Below are positions 27,697 through 38,444 of a stretch of DNA of 64,000 nucleotides, piece after piece. This DNA comes from a virus (lineage: Duplodnaviria > Caudoviricetes). The stretch is taken from positions 9,906-73,905 of the IMG/VR virus record IMGVR_UViG_3300037634_005573. One strand, given 5' to 3'. The position numbers were made by a program, and so were the translations under genes. The notes beneath the pieces are model-generated. The model worked only from the letters and a program-made list of their open reading frames with translations, did no database searches and was not told the origin of the DNA. Positions within the stretch are counted from its first letter, which is position 1; each line of letters starts with the position of its first letter.

Positions 27697-29501
27697 TACT
27701 CAATAACCCCCTTAATATCGAGATCTTTATATTTAACTTCCATACAGACATTTCTTGGCACAACAACCATTGTGCCGTCAGCGGACAGAGCAGCATCAAA
27801 ATCATATGAACTAGATGAATAGTTGGTCCCGTTTTTGGGAATTATCTTGACTTTCTTGGTGTCGATGATTCCTTTCACCATTTTATTTAAAACGCTGTAA
27901 ATCTCCGACAGAGAAACCGATTGTCCGAAATCCCCAGGATTTTGAAAATGCTCTGCCAACTTTGATTTGGCTTCCGCCAGAACTAACTGCGGATCGTATC
28001 TCTTGTCATATACGCAGGTAAATTCAATACCGAAATTAACAATTTTGCCATCTAATATATCGATAGTGTCGTGCATCATTTTATATCTATTGAGCCAGTT
28101 TTTAAGGTTATCTTTGAGGGTGTCTGTTCCAACCACCAGTTTCCTACTCCTGTCTTCAGATAAAACATACAGGTTGATATTTCTTTTAAAAGAGTTAGTG
28201 TCTTTGTAGGCCGCGGCCCTCTTAATTGCCCCAAACTTGGTTGGCATACCATAAGATATTGACTGCAAGTCGTTCTGTGTGACGGCGCGGTTTTGGGTTG
28301 CAAAGTGATTATAAGCTCGATTTCTAATCTCATCAGTTGAGGGCAAAGTTATTTGGCCGACGATGGAATCCTCATTGTATATCTCTAGAGAATTATTGAC
28401 TTCCCTGACTTTACTAGAATCTAATAAGCTCTCTCCCTCATACGAGAATTTCGCGGTCGTCACACCAGTTAAAGCGCCGACGGCTATATTTACAGAGTTG
28501 GAGTCATTGTATCGATATTTTATTGTTAAAACTGTGTCTGCCGGAGAAATACCTAATTTATCAGAGTTTAATAATTTGGAAGGATCAAAATTCTGTTCTG
28601 TCTCGTAAGTTTTACCATATCGCTGAATGAATAGAGAATCTGGCTGTGCAAACCCTGCTGTGATTAATTCTGTTTCGCCTCCAAACCCAAACTGTAAGTG
28701 GGTCGAGCCCTTCTCGCTTGTCGTGACAAATCTTCTTGGCACCACATACGGGCGCAATATGGAAGGCACTTGCGCTTTATCGGATGATCGATTTTCGATC
28801 TCCTTGTATACAACGTTGTGAGACAAGTATTCTACTTCGAAATATTCCTTCCCTTCAGAGTCCAACACTTCTAGAATTTCTACTATGTTTTTACCCCTTA
28901 GTTTGAGCTTCTTGAACTTTTCAAAAGGGCCGGCTGGTATAAATTCAGTATTAAACTTGCCAGAGATTACTTTTCCGTAGTTTTTTAACGCGTAGAACGT
29001 TGGCTGGCCGGTGGTGTCATTAAATTTGGCGGCGACCTGTTCTGTATCGGCTGTGTCAAATCTAACATCATCTATCAAGGTGAAAGACGCTCCACTGGTG
29101 CTCACAAAAGTTGAGCCGGCCTTCAAGACTGGGATGTAGCTCTTGTCCGGACCGAAGGAGGCCGCGGCGGAAGATGGGACCAGGACAAAGAACGCGGAGA
29201 TGCCGACCGAACTTGCTGATCCTTGGAACTTGAATCCCATCTGTTCTGCTAGTTTGCGAACATTCTTATACTCCACTGCGGTCTGGATGAAAGACTCGTT
29301 AGCCTGATAGTCGACGTAGAATGACAAAATATCACCAAAGTAGGCTACAGAATCTAACATAAAAGAACCAAACGAAGCTTCGTTGAAGTCTTTGTATGAG
29401 TCCGGATAATACCTTTTGGCGAACTGTATCAAATCGCTCTTAATGGAGCTAAAGTCTCTGCTCGTGTATTTTATTAGTGGCTTCTTTTCTTTCTTGGACA
29501 T
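27696..29501 (-). CDS. Baseplate wedge protein (T4 gp6 / baseplate J-like)
   Basis: YTSRDFSSIKSDLI...DFNEASFG N-terminus, QNRAVTQND motif; adjacent to gp25-like gene; ATG 29501 best fits the SD. Confidence 0.85.
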   Translation of the reverse strand: MSKKEKKPLIKYTSRDFSSIKSDLIQFAKRYYPDSYKDFNEASFGSFMLDSVAYFGDILSFYVDYQANESFIQTAVEYKNVRKLAEQMGFKFQGSASSVGISAFFVLVPSSAAASFGPDKSYIPVLKAGSTFVSTSGASFTLIDDVRFDTADTEQVAAKFNDTTGQPTFYALKNYGKVISGKFNTEFIPAGPFEKFKKLKLRGKNIVEILEVLDSEGKEYFEVEYLSHNVVYKEIENRSSDKAQVPSILRPYVVPRRFVTTSEKGSTHLQFGFGGETELITAGFAQPDSLFIQRYGKTYETEQNFDPSKLLNSDKLGISPADTVLTIKYRYNDSNSVNIAVGALTGVTTAKFSYEGESLLDSSKVREVNNSLEIYNEDSIVGQITLPSTDEIRNRAYNHFATQNRAVTQNDLQSISYGMPTKFGAIKRAAAYKDTNSFKRNINLYVLSEDRSRKLVVGTDTLKDNLKNWLNRYKMMHDTIDILDGKIVNFGIEFTCVYDKRYDPQLVLAEAKSKLAEHFQNPGDFGQSVSLSEIYSVLNKMVKGIIDTKKVKIIPKNGTNYSSSSYDFDAALSADGTMVVVPRNVCMEVKYKDLDIKGVIE

Positions 29502-29516
29502 CAAGTTCCCTCTATC

Positions 29517-29524
29517 TAATTAGT
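29517..29524 (-). promoter_or_regulatory. Putative late-promoter octamer ACTAATTA
   Basis: 16 nt upstream of the gp6-like start. Confidence 0.5.
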
Positions 29525-29538
29525 TCTATTCACTCAGA

Positions 29539-29910
29539 TCATCTAGCAATTAGTTTAAGAATTTGCCGTCGTGATCCGGGAGCGGAATATTGTAATTTTA
29601 TACCCAGCATGCTGCTATCGGCGGCGGCAATCATTTCTATGGCGATGACTCGCACAAATGGCATATAAGTTGTTATTTGTTTTAAAATTCTATTCTGCAA
29701 TTTGTCTTTCACCACTTCGGTTAGTGGCTCAAACAAATATCGCCTCAATCCGACACCAAAATTCAGATCCATTATCCGCTCACCAGGAGCAGTATAGAGC
29801 AGAGTCTTTAGGTTCTGTGCTACAGATTGTTTTAAATTTTGGTTCAATGTGAATGTTCCGTCACGAGGAGAAACAGTGAGTGGTAGTTTAACTGATATTC
29901 CTGATGGCAT
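29539..29910 (-). CDS. Baseplate wedge/sheath initiator (T4 gp25 / GPW-like)
   Basis: QNLKTLLYTAPGERIMDLNFGVGLRRYLFE is the typical gp25 motif. Confidence 0.9.
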   Translation of the reverse strand: MPSGISVKLPLTVSPRDGTFTLNQNLKQSVAQNLKTLLYTAPGERIMDLNFGVGLRRYLFEPLTEVVKDKLQNRILKQITTYMPFVRVIAIEMIAAADSSMLGIKLQYSAPGSRRQILKLIAR

Positions 29911-29927
29911 TTCTCTGCCTCCGTTAG

Positions 29928-29935
29928 TAAATAGT
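29928..29935 (-). promoter_or_regulatory. Putative late-promoter octamer ACTATTTA
   Basis: 18 nt upstream of the gp25-like ATG. Confidence 0.55.
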
Positions 29936-29937
29936 CT

Positions 29938-32900
29938 CTAGTCTTCTTCTGCTTCATCAAAAGCGTTACCAAGTGCATTTGTTGGATCTTTTATAAAGTG
30001 TTTTTTAGTAGTGGGGGGTAAGCTATCGATAAGGACATCGAGAGCTTCCTTCATCTCGGAATCGTTAGGCTCTTCGTTGTATGTTTCGTGAAAGGCCTTC
30101 ACATCTTTAGCGTAACCGAGAGCAATCTCCTGCCAGATCTGGGGCGTTATTGGATCTTTACCACCAGAAATACTTGTTGCAGATTGCGATGAAATTTGTT
30201 CGGTGAGGTTCTTCTTGGAGTCGAATTCATCATCGTCTCCTTTTTCGTTTGGAGAGAATGACATATATGTTCTAGAAAAGAGTTTTCTTATATTTTTTCG
30301 AGTATTTTCGAAGATATTTGTGTAATCATAATTATCAAAACCAGAATTCTTAGCCATCAGTGTCGAGGCCTTCTGCCAATCGTGCACGGAGCCGATAGAG
30401 TGCATAAACCCTTTTGAGCAATAGATCGCGCTAAGAGACATAAAATATCGCAATGGGATACAATAATCGAAGAATACTTTGTATTCCTTGCTACAGACCA
30501 TACGATCCATCAATTCTTGTATGTATGCTCTTTCTAGTGGTAGGCGGTATTCGTCAGTATCTTCAAATGAGGCCAGGGTCGCTAAAGTATACTTCGGGCC
30601 TAATTCCATTTCTTCGACAAACAGAGGTATTGAATGGTTGTGCATTTTATTGAAGCTCTTTTCCTTCGCCAGCTTAATTTGAGTTTCTGTATCGGGAGTG
30701 AGAGCATTTCCCCAAATATCTGATCCGCGGCGGAGCAAAGGAGACAAACTGTCATCTTGTCCAAAATTATCTGTATTTCTGGGGAGTAGAATATTCAGTC
30801 TTAACCCAAATTCGATGCTTTCGAACAGCTTGTCTAAAGAAGTAACCTTCTCGACGGGAGACATATTGTTGAAAAACCCGATAGAATTCAAATAATAACT
30901 TAAGTTGTTCAAGCCTACTGGGCCGGTGAAAATGGTTTCTTCGAAACCAGGCTGTATATTGTCGGCGCCTACATTATCCCCGATATTGTCATATAAAGCT
31001 TCATTAAGTCTTCTTACCAGTTGAGGATTTGCAGAATCGTTAGGGTTTTTATAGGGCTTTAATCTCAAATATTTTTCAACCCTAAAAGGTATGGTATTTT
31101 GGGTATAGATATTTTGGTCGCCGGCATTGAAGTTCTTTAGTTTTGCCAGTCTGTCGGGCTGTAGAGTATAGTTCAAATCATCAGACACATACGATTTCTG
31201 ATTGTCGTTATCCATAATGAAATCTGTTCCGGATTCTGCCGATTGGTTAAGCGAATTCGCCAGTGCAGCGAAAGGAGAAGAAGCGAGATCGCCGCCGGTG
31301 AAAGCCCATGGGGAAATTGCAGCGGGCTCTTTGGGGCCAGAGTTTATGATGTTGTCAAACGAAGTTAAGATAAATCCGTTAAGATTATAATCACTGTTGG
31401 ATGGCTCATCTTCATCATAAACTGAGGCTAGAAATGCTGGACTCTTTTTGAACACATTGTTTTCCGCCAATGTGACAGAGGCCTGAATTGTTGGACCTCC
31501 CGTCAGGGGAGTATAGAGAATGTTATTCAGCCTCCCCAAGTTAACATTTAAAACCGAGAATTGATCGGTCATTTTTACGAGTTCTTCTTTGAATCTTCCC
31601 TTTAGAAGTTCAAGGCAGATATCTTCCGAATCGGATATGATTCTGTTCCAGTATATATCTCGCAGTTCTATCTGCCTCTTTCGATCCTCTTTTGCTTTCG
31701 CCATGGCAATTGCCACTTCGGCGCCGCGCTTACCCGACTTTATCGCCGCCTTAAGAACACCGGCCGGATAGTTTGGGGTTTCTAGTTCAGAAAGTTTGGC
31801 ATATGCATTAAAGTATTCTGACTCGGCAGGGCTAATATTGTTCGACGGAACACCATATCTCCATATATTGGCCTTTCGAAGGATTTGATCTAAAAGATCC
31901 TCCTCTTTCTGGCTATATGTTTCTATCTTTTGTTCGCGTTTTTTAAGCATCAACGTTGCATTAATTTCTAAGAATCTATACATAAATTCTTTTGTTTTAT
32001 CCTTACCTTGATACTTAACACCAGCCTTGATAAGCTCCTGCTTCAGGCGAGCGGCAAGAAATTGAGAAAACACACTATCGAACACCGAGTTGTTATACTC
32101 AATTGTATTTAAAAGCGGAAAGGCCTTAACGTAGTATTCGTAAGTTATTGTTCGGATGAAAGAACTGATCAACCCGTTCATCGTGGCCATTGAGTTTTTG
32201 GAGACGATAAGATCGAATGGAGCCTGGTTTGTGAGGTCTTCAGCAGTTCTCATCTCATCTTTTAACTTTGAGGATAATTCAGCAGACTCTTTAGCTATGT
32301 TGACAAAATCAGGTGCAGATGTCTTTTGCGGCGAAAATTGACTGTCGGCATCCAGAACGGAAATATTATATAAATCAACCCAGTTATCATTAAGTTTATT
32401 ATAGAAATATACCACTGGAGCGTCTTCTGTGCCGCCGAAATCTTCCGGAGTGACCGGTGAGGGTTTGCTGGTTACAGAGTTGATGTGTTCTGAATTTAAC
32501 AAATTCATTTGCCTGTTGGTCTTGCCATACAAAAAGTTCTTGTCATTCAATACTGGTATGCCGATGATGCCGTCCAAAAATGCATTATAGACTATGTTAA
32601 ATGAAGATCTTCTTATCACCCTCATAAAATAGTCGTCTAGTAAGTCAGGCGAAATTCCCAAATTGCTAACCATAGAATTCAATATAGTCTCAGTAAACAC
32701 GCTAGCGCGGTGGGATTGAAACGGAGTGTTATATGTTGTTGTAGTGATGGAATCTATAGTTGGAAAATCTGTTGTGACATCTTCAAGAATATCAACCAGA
32801 TAATCATCCAGATCTTTTATATATTCCTCGGCTGTGAAAATTTTAGATATCGATGCATACTCATCTTCTGCAATCGGATAAGAAGTAAGATCGGTTTGTG

Positions 32901-35900
32901 AGGGATTAAAGACTAGAGGATTGTAATCAATAACTTTTGTATTTATCTGGTGGATAAGGCCGTATGGTTCATAGGGCATTATCTTGAAATTATATACCCG
33001 CGGGCGTTGTTCCGGAAGGATCGAGAATTCAGTTACGTGATTTGGGACACCATAGAACGAAAGAGTTCTTAAGCCGGAATTGTGATTTGAGAAGAAGGTC
33101 TCGTAGTCTATAGACCCGGCGGTGAAATTAGCTAATTTTTCATATTCTTCTCTGTGGTTTCCGACGGAATTAAAAGCGGAGTTCAGATAAAGAGGGACCA
33201 ATTGCGCTTTGTTTTCTCCAGAGGAAGCCCAATAGGAGGCGTTTAACCTCAACCAAGTAGCCAATCTGGTCGAAGGTGGTGAATCGCCACCGGTGGAGAC
33301 GGAGACCCCAAATGAGTTAACGTGTGCCTGCAACGACTTATAGCTGGGGTATTGTATACCGTTCTTGTTGGATAATATGGTATTAATCAGGCCTCTTCCG
33401 CCAACATTTTCAATCATATGAGAAGCCTGTATAGAGTTGAAGATCGACTCGAACAGCGGGGTTAAAGAACCGGCCACGATCTCCGCCAGGCCTGGTACAA
33501 GACTCTTTGTGCCACAACCGGCGCCAGAGTCGGTTTCAAGAAGGTTGGTGAAAGGATTCGGGCCACCAATCAGTGACATTAGTTCTTCCGCCTTGCATTC
33601 TGCAATATCGGATAATAAGTCTAGCTGCTCCTCACATTCTGCCTTATCCAGACCCTTCATCTTCAACAAATTACACCTTAGTTCCGCATATAATTTGTAA
33701 TCTTCGGGAGTAGAACAGAAAGCAGTATTGACCGGTATATTGTCATCCGAAATTACATTGAGACAAGAGGGGTCAATAAATTTACCCATACTCTGAAAAT
33801 ATCTTGCAATATCTTCTGAATTCGATGAAATTCCAGAATCCGAAAATTGAACCTCTAATATGTTCTTGACCATCAGCGTGGTGTCCGGTGTTGCTTTTCC
33901 TTTCAATAAATTACATAGCTCTCTCTGGGTTAGAACGCTGGCTATTATGTTTATAAACCTGTCGAGATCTTCTGTATTCACGCCGTCTGTTAGGCCTATC
34001 TTATCTGAGATCTCATTTAGAGCCTCGAAGGCCTCATTCGGTGTTAAATTTTGATTAGCAGGAAGAGCCTTGCTCATCTCGTCTACTATCGACGCGGCAA
34101 AGTTGTTACCTTGGTGGAGGCCGGCGGCCTTCTCTATCGAAGCTGCAATCTTAGAACAATTTTCATCCGAGGTTAGTTGATTAACTTGGCTTAATATTGA
34201 CTTTAGAATCGAAGTCATGGCTTCGTGGAAAAGAGAAAGAACCACAACCGGAATCATCGCAACCATGGTTGCTTTTGGATCCGGGATGGCAGCCGTGGCG
34301 GGCATTTCTGGCATCGATATTCTACTATATCCTCCAAAATCTTTAAGATTCTTTGTTAAATCTTTGTGCTTGCTGAATATATCTGGGCTGGGCAGTTCGC
34401 AATTCTGGAAAGCCGAAAACATTTCCAGAGTGTCTGTCGCAGGAGATATCATCATATTATATGTTTCCATTATCTGCGGAGGCAAATCATCGACTCCGAT
34501 ATCCCCCATCAGGCTTTGTATTTCTTCAGAATTAATCTGTATATCCGAGCTTCCTATTTTATTTCCTTCTATGAACTCCGACATCAAGCATAAATGTTCC
34601 TTCATCCTAGATACATCAGATTGTTCGATGTCAGCTAGCAATTCTTCGAACTTAACAATATTTGTAAAGTCGGTGGTGGGATCCCCATTATCATGGATAA
34701 AATCTAGATAAAGCTGCTGGGCTTTAGAGGAGCAGATGAAGAACTTACTTTTTAGTATAATATTGAGTATCTTGGAGGCCAAAGCAAGGTCCTTGGTCAA
34801 ATCTATACCTTTTTCTTGGCCGGCCTCTAATGACATAAGCACCAATTTGATTATGAGCTTGGGTTCAAGTGAGGCTAATTGCTGCTTGAAGTTAAGTTCC
34901 TTAAGCTTCTCTACCGGAATGGCGCGGGCGACGAGGGCTAAACTCAATAAAGAACTAAACTTAATAAAATTAAGTCCCAGAGGATTTAACATATCTGTTG
35001 TGAAAGAATCCCCCATCGATGGCGCGGTGGTTTTCATAAACGTGCCGTTCATTCCGCCGGATACTTTATCTCCGACATCGAATCGTGTCTCCGAGCTTAG
35101 TTGAATCCTTTGTCTCATCTCCTCTATGTCATTCATCTGTGCGTCTTCTACTAGCTTTTCTTGGACGGTTTTAAATGTATTTTGATTATATTTGTTCGCG
35201 AACAAGTTGAGACCTTCTTTCGCAGCATTTATGCCGCCTTTTATGTCGCCAACAATTCCATCGACTACCTCTTTGGAGATGTTCTGGGCCATACTCAAGC
35301 CGTGGACTTTGAACAAATCCTCTTCGTCGCTGATCTCAAAAGATGGCCGAGGAGCCCGGAATGTTTCATAAAATTTGCTCCAGGAGATCACATTAATCAC
35401 ATCTATTATTTTGTCTAAATTGAACAAGTAATTTACAGAAGTCAAATCATCAAATGGCTCATTAGATTTGAGTCCGCCGAGGTCATCGCCATCTGCCACC
35501 CAAATCAAGGGAGTCGTAAATCTAAAAGGTATGGAAATCTCGATTTTTAATAGGTCTGGAGGGTCGACCGGCGGAGATGGCGTCTCTGCAAAAGTAAATC
35601 TTATTATTGCGTCCAGGCTATCGTTTAAAGACAAGCCATTTCTCTCAAAAAGTCTATAAAACAACAACTTAAAGAGTCTAAACTTTTTGATCTCGACGAG
35701 GAGATCGAAAGTATCTTGGAGGTTAGCCTTTTGTGGGCCGGGAGAAACGAATTTCCATAAACTATACTCGTTATTGAATTTTTCCATTTTAAGTGTGATT
35801 GTATCTAAAACATCTATAAGCTCTGAAACTTTTAGAGAAAAAGTTTTGTCACCTGATGACTGGCAATAAGGGGTTTCCTCATCAGATGCAATTTGCGAGA

Positions 35901-37407
35901 GGTTGGGTAGCCGCGGTGGCAGGGCGGGGACTTCTGATAGCTCCGATGAACTTGGAGGGGCAAGTGTGTTGGCGGCAGCATCTTCTGAAGACAGGCTGAA
36001 CAATATCTTCGATGGCTTGAAGTCTCTCGGCTCATAATATACATCTTCAAGATTTATGATATGTTGTGGTTCGGCGACGTTAAAATCGATATTGAGCCCA
36101 AAATAATCATTCAATATTTGCAGAGCATCTGGCTTATATGAATCCAGATTTTGTTTAAAAGCTGCAAAATCCTGAACCACAACGTCATAACTTACAAAGT
36201 ATTTCTTGGCTTTTTCATCGTAATATGGACCGGTCCTATCGGCCAAGGTCCAATCAATACAAAATTCTTTTGCCGGGGGAGGCTCTGGCTCTGAGATTTC
36301 TGACTGTTGTTCTAAATCTTCGGGGCAAACAAAAGTTTCATAGATTGTTTTGTCTTCTGCATCCGGAGACACTTCGGCAGATGGTATAGTCTCTCCTTCG
36401 GATATTTCATGTTCGCTTTCTGGGTGGGCGCGTGGAGCGAGATTTTCACCGATGAGGCTTTCTACTAAATCAAAATCAAAATGTACTATAGAATCCCACA
36501 TGTCGGCCATGATGTCAAACTGAAGTTTGGCATCTCCGGTACCGGAGATGCCAACAGTGAGATCTCTGAGGAACTCGGACATCCAGAACTGATCTTCGCG
36601 ATAGAGTTCGTGTAGTCGTCGGCCGTCGGCGGCCTCATTCCAAAAATAATCTAAAAGTTCTTTGTATTTTTCTACGTTAGATGCCAAAGCATAAAGCAAA
36701 ACTTCGCGGTCGGATTTAGTAATCGGCCGAATATAACCGCGAGGATTGTCTCCAAAAATTTCTTCGCACCCATAAAGAAGGGCGCCTTTGAAATTATCAA
36801 GCTCATAGGACATTACGTCTTTTTCAATCTTAAGTAGATCTTCCGTAATCATGCTGTAAGTATCTTTTGTCAGCAATTCAATAGCGGCGCCGGTGTTGCC
36901 TATCAACGGATCTGAATTATAATAGCCATAAGTTATATCAGCTAAGAGGACGTCTAAGTTATGACTAAATTGATTTGCGCTGCTAAGTTCAAGTCCCCAC
37001 TTAGTGCCGAGTTCTGTGGCGGGATGAACTCCTCGGAGTATTGGCATTTGCAAATATGTGGCCGATGATGGCGTCACCGTAACTAATTCGATAGACTGTG
37101 GGTTCTTGATATTCTCCATCGATATTACGAAGGGATCCCAGTCTGCTTCGGGATCCCAATCAGCGCTTCCTAGAGCTAGGTGCTTCCCATGTATTACCTC
37201 AAAATATTTATTATTCAAAGCTAAGGCGAATTCGGCATTTCGCCAAATATAAGTCATCGCAAGAACATATTTTTCATTAAGATCTGGCACAATGCCGACG
37301 CGACTACTAGGATCAACAGCGACATGGTACGCGACATCCTCGAAATCAGCCGAGGTTTTGTATATGCATTTTTGTGGTGGTGGCGCAGAGCCGGGAGATT
37401 GCGCCAT
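29938..37407 (-). CDS. Giant acidic hypothetical protein, 2489 aa
   Basis: Uninterrupted ORF between the spike candidate and gp25; no motif recognised. Confidence 0.8.
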   Translation of the reverse strand: MAQSPGSAPPPQKCIYKTSADFEDVAYHVAVDPSSRVGIVPDLNEKYVLAMTYIWRNAEFALALNNKYFEVIHGKHLALGSADWDPEADWDPFVISMENIKNPQSIELVTVTPSSATYLQMPILRGVHPATELGTKWGLELSSANQFSHNLDVLLADITYGYYNSDPLIGNTGAAIELLTKDTYSMITEDLLKIEKDVMSYELDNFKGALLYGCEEIFGDNPRGYIRPITKSDREVLLYALASNVEKYKELLDYFWNEAADGRRLHELYREDQFWMSEFLRDLTVGISGTGDAKLQFDIMADMWDSIVHFDFDLVESLIGENLAPRAHPESEHEISEGETIPSAEVSPDAEDKTIYETFVCPEDLEQQSEISEPEPPPAKEFCIDWTLADRTGPYYDEKAKKYFVSYDVVVQDFAAFKQNLDSYKPDALQILNDYFGLNIDFNVAEPQHIINLEDVYYEPRDFKPSKILFSLSSEDAAANTLAPPSSSELSEVPALPPRLPNLSQIASDEETPYCQSSGDKTFSLKVSELIDVLDTITLKMEKFNNEYSLWKFVSPGPQKANLQDTFDLLVEIKKFRLFKLLFYRLFERNGLSLNDSLDAIIRFTFAETPSPPVDPPDLLKIEISIPFRFTTPLIWVADGDDLGGLKSNEPFDDLTSVNYLFNLDKIIDVINVISWSKFYETFRAPRPSFEISDEEDLFKVHGLSMAQNISKEVVDGIVGDIKGGINAAKEGLNLFANKYNQNTFKTVQEKLVEDAQMNDIEEMRQRIQLSSETRFDVGDKVSGGMNGTFMKTTAPSMGDSFTTDMLNPLGLNFIKFSSLLSLALVARAIPVEKLKELNFKQQLASLEPKLIIKLVLMSLEAGQEKGIDLTKDLALASKILNIILKSKFFICSSKAQQLYLDFIHDNGDPTTDFTNIVKFEELLADIEQSDVSRMKEHLCLMSEFIEGNKIGSSDIQINSEEIQSLMGDIGVDDLPPQIMETYNMMISPATDTLEMFSAFQNCELPSPDIFSKHKDLTKNLKDFGGYSRISMPEMPATAAIPDPKATMVAMIPVVVLSLFHEAMTSILKSILSQVNQLTSDENCSKIAASIEKAAGLHQGNNFAASIVDEMSKALPANQNLTPNEAFEALNEISDKIGLTDGVNTEDLDRFINIIASVLTQRELCNLLKGKATPDTTLMVKNILEVQFSDSGISSNSEDIARYFQSMGKFIDPSCLNVISDDNIPVNTAFCSTPEDYKLYAELRCNLLKMKGLDKAECEEQLDLLSDIAECKAEELMSLIGGPNPFTNLLETDSGAGCGTKSLVPGLAEIVAGSLTPLFESIFNSIQASHMIENVGGRGLINTILSNKNGIQYPSYKSLQAHVNSFGVSVSTGGDSPPSTRLATWLRLNASYWASSGENKAQLVPLYLNSAFNSVGNHREEYEKLANFTAGSIDYETFFSNHNSGLRTLSFYGVPNHVTEFSILPEQRPRVYNFKIMPYEPYGLIHQINTKVIDYNPLVFNPSQTDLTSYPIAEDEYASISKIFTAEEYIKDLDDYLVDILEDVTTDFPTIDSITTTTYNTPFQSHRASVFTETILNSMVSNLGISPDLLDDYFMRVIRRSSFNIVYNAFLDGIIGIPVLNDKNFLYGKTNRQMNLLNSEHINSVTSKPSPVTPEDFGGTEDAPVVYFYNKLNDNWVDLYNISVLDADSQFSPQKTSAPDFVNIAKESAELSSKLKDEMRTAEDLTNQAPFDLIVSKNSMATMNGLISSFIRTITYEYYVKAFPLLNTIEYNNSVFDSVFSQFLAARLKQELIKAGVKYQGKDKTKEFMYRFLEINATLMLKKREQKIETYSQKEEDLLDQILRKANIWRYGVPSNNISPAESEYFNAYAKLSELETPNYPAGVLKAAIKSGKRGAEVAIAMAKAKEDRKRQIELRDIYWNRIISDSEDICLELLKGRFKEELVKMTDQFSVLNVNLGRLNNILYTPLTGGPTIQASVTLAENNVFKKSPAFLASVYDEDEPSNSDYNLNGFILTSFDNIINSGPKEPAAISPWAFTGGDLASSPFAALANSLNQSAESGTDFIMDNDNQKSYVSDDLNYTLQPDRLAKLKNFNAGDQNIYTQNTIPFRVEKYLRLKPYKNPNDSANPQLVRRLNEALYDNIGDNVGADNIQPGFEETIFTGPVGLNNLSYYLNSIGFFNNMSPVEKVTSLDKLFESIEFGLRLNILLPRNTDNFGQDDSLSPLLRRGSDIWGNALTPDTETQIKLAKEKSFNKMHNHSIPLFVEEMELGPKYTLATLASFEDTDEYRLPLERAYIQELMDRMVCSKEYKVFFDYCIPLRYFMSLSAIYCSKGFMHSIGSVHDWQKASTLMAKNSGFDNYDYTNIFENTRKNIRKLFSRTYMSFSPNEKGDDDEFDSKKNLTEQISSQSATSISGGKDPITPQIWQEIALGYAKDVKAFHETYNEEPNDSEMKEALDVLIDSLPPTTKKHFIKDPTNALGNAFDEAEED

Positions 37408-38346
37408 CTAATTCGCCTTATTGTGTGGGCTGCATATATATTTAGAGCCGCTTGAGTCTAAATAATCAAGCTTGAAATCTTCCAAACTTTGTCGAAAATC
37501 GAACATGGAGCTATCTACGTTTGACATCTGATCGGCAGATTTGTTAGCATTTTTACTTAGCAGATTCATGTCTGGTATAATTGTCAGTGGGAACCCCATA
37601 TAACCCATTGAGCCGTCGTGAGTATGGCTTTGCGCTGTGCTTTCTAGATCGGTCTGTGCAGAGGCCAAACTATCTAGCATACTCGCAACATCGGCGACCT
37701 TATCTATCAAATTGGTCAAACAATCCACCAGATTATCGCCCAACGGCATAGGCTGCAATTCTGAGTCGTCGTTTCCAGCTATGAGATCAATTCCGTAATA
37801 CGAAGTCTGCTCTTGATTGTTCGCATCGGTTTCATCTGAAAACGGGCCGGTGATGATCTTGATATTTTCTTTTCCTATAATTCGAATGCCATCGGCTTTA
37901 AGAGCGATTCCAGATTTAGACTCCTGGATTAGGGTTCCATCTGCTAGTTCAAAATTTTCGTCAATATTGGTTCGTTGGGCTATATAGATTCTTGCTGCAT
38001 CAACTTTAAAGTTGTTATCGACATAAGTATCTGCATCTCCTTGACGACCAACTATAAGATCTATGGAGGCGCATTTATTTCCGCCGGAACCGCCGATGCC
38101 ACTCGCCCTGGACGCGGGCCGGTCTCGGCCGAGGACTATCCAAGAGTTGGCTTTTCTAATAACTTTCTCGGATGCTGTGTTAATGAAGTTGGGGATATCT
38201 TCCACGATCTTAGCGCCGTTCAGCCCGCCAAAAACCGTCCGATCCTCTTGACTGGGGTTTTCTTCTATGATCTTTTGTAGATTTTGGTTTTTCGACTTAG
38301 TATAGACGTTACTTTCGCCGCCAAATACATTTGGTCCTTCGCTCAT
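37408..38346 (-). CDS. Putative baseplate central spike / gp5-C-like protein
   Basis: Short beta-strand repeats (SGIALKADGIRIIGKENIKIITG), HTH (HxH) motif, follows the OB-fold gene; ATG 38346 has a GGAGG SD. Confidence 0.5.
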   Translation of the reverse strand: MSEGPNVFGGESNVYTKSKNQNLQKIIEENPSQEDRTVFGGLNGAKIVEDIPNFINTASEKVIRKANSWIVLGRDRPASRASGIGGSGGNKCASIDLIVGRQGDADTYVDNNFKVDAARIYIAQRTNIDENFELADGTLIQESKSGIALKADGIRIIGKENIKIITGPFSDETDANNQEQTSYYGIDLIAGNDDSELQPMPLGDNLVDCLTNLIDKVADVASMLDSLASAQTDLESTAQSHTHDGSMGYMGFPLTIIPDMNLLSKNANKSADQMSNVDSSMFDFRQSLEDFKLDYLDSSGSKYICSPHNKAN

Positions 38347-38444
38347 TGATTTGTCCTCCAATTCTTTGTTGTTTATTCATTAAGAAATATTTAATTTGCA
38401 GATTCAGCCGCGGGATCCCAGACGGTTGAAGACCCTGGCATGGA

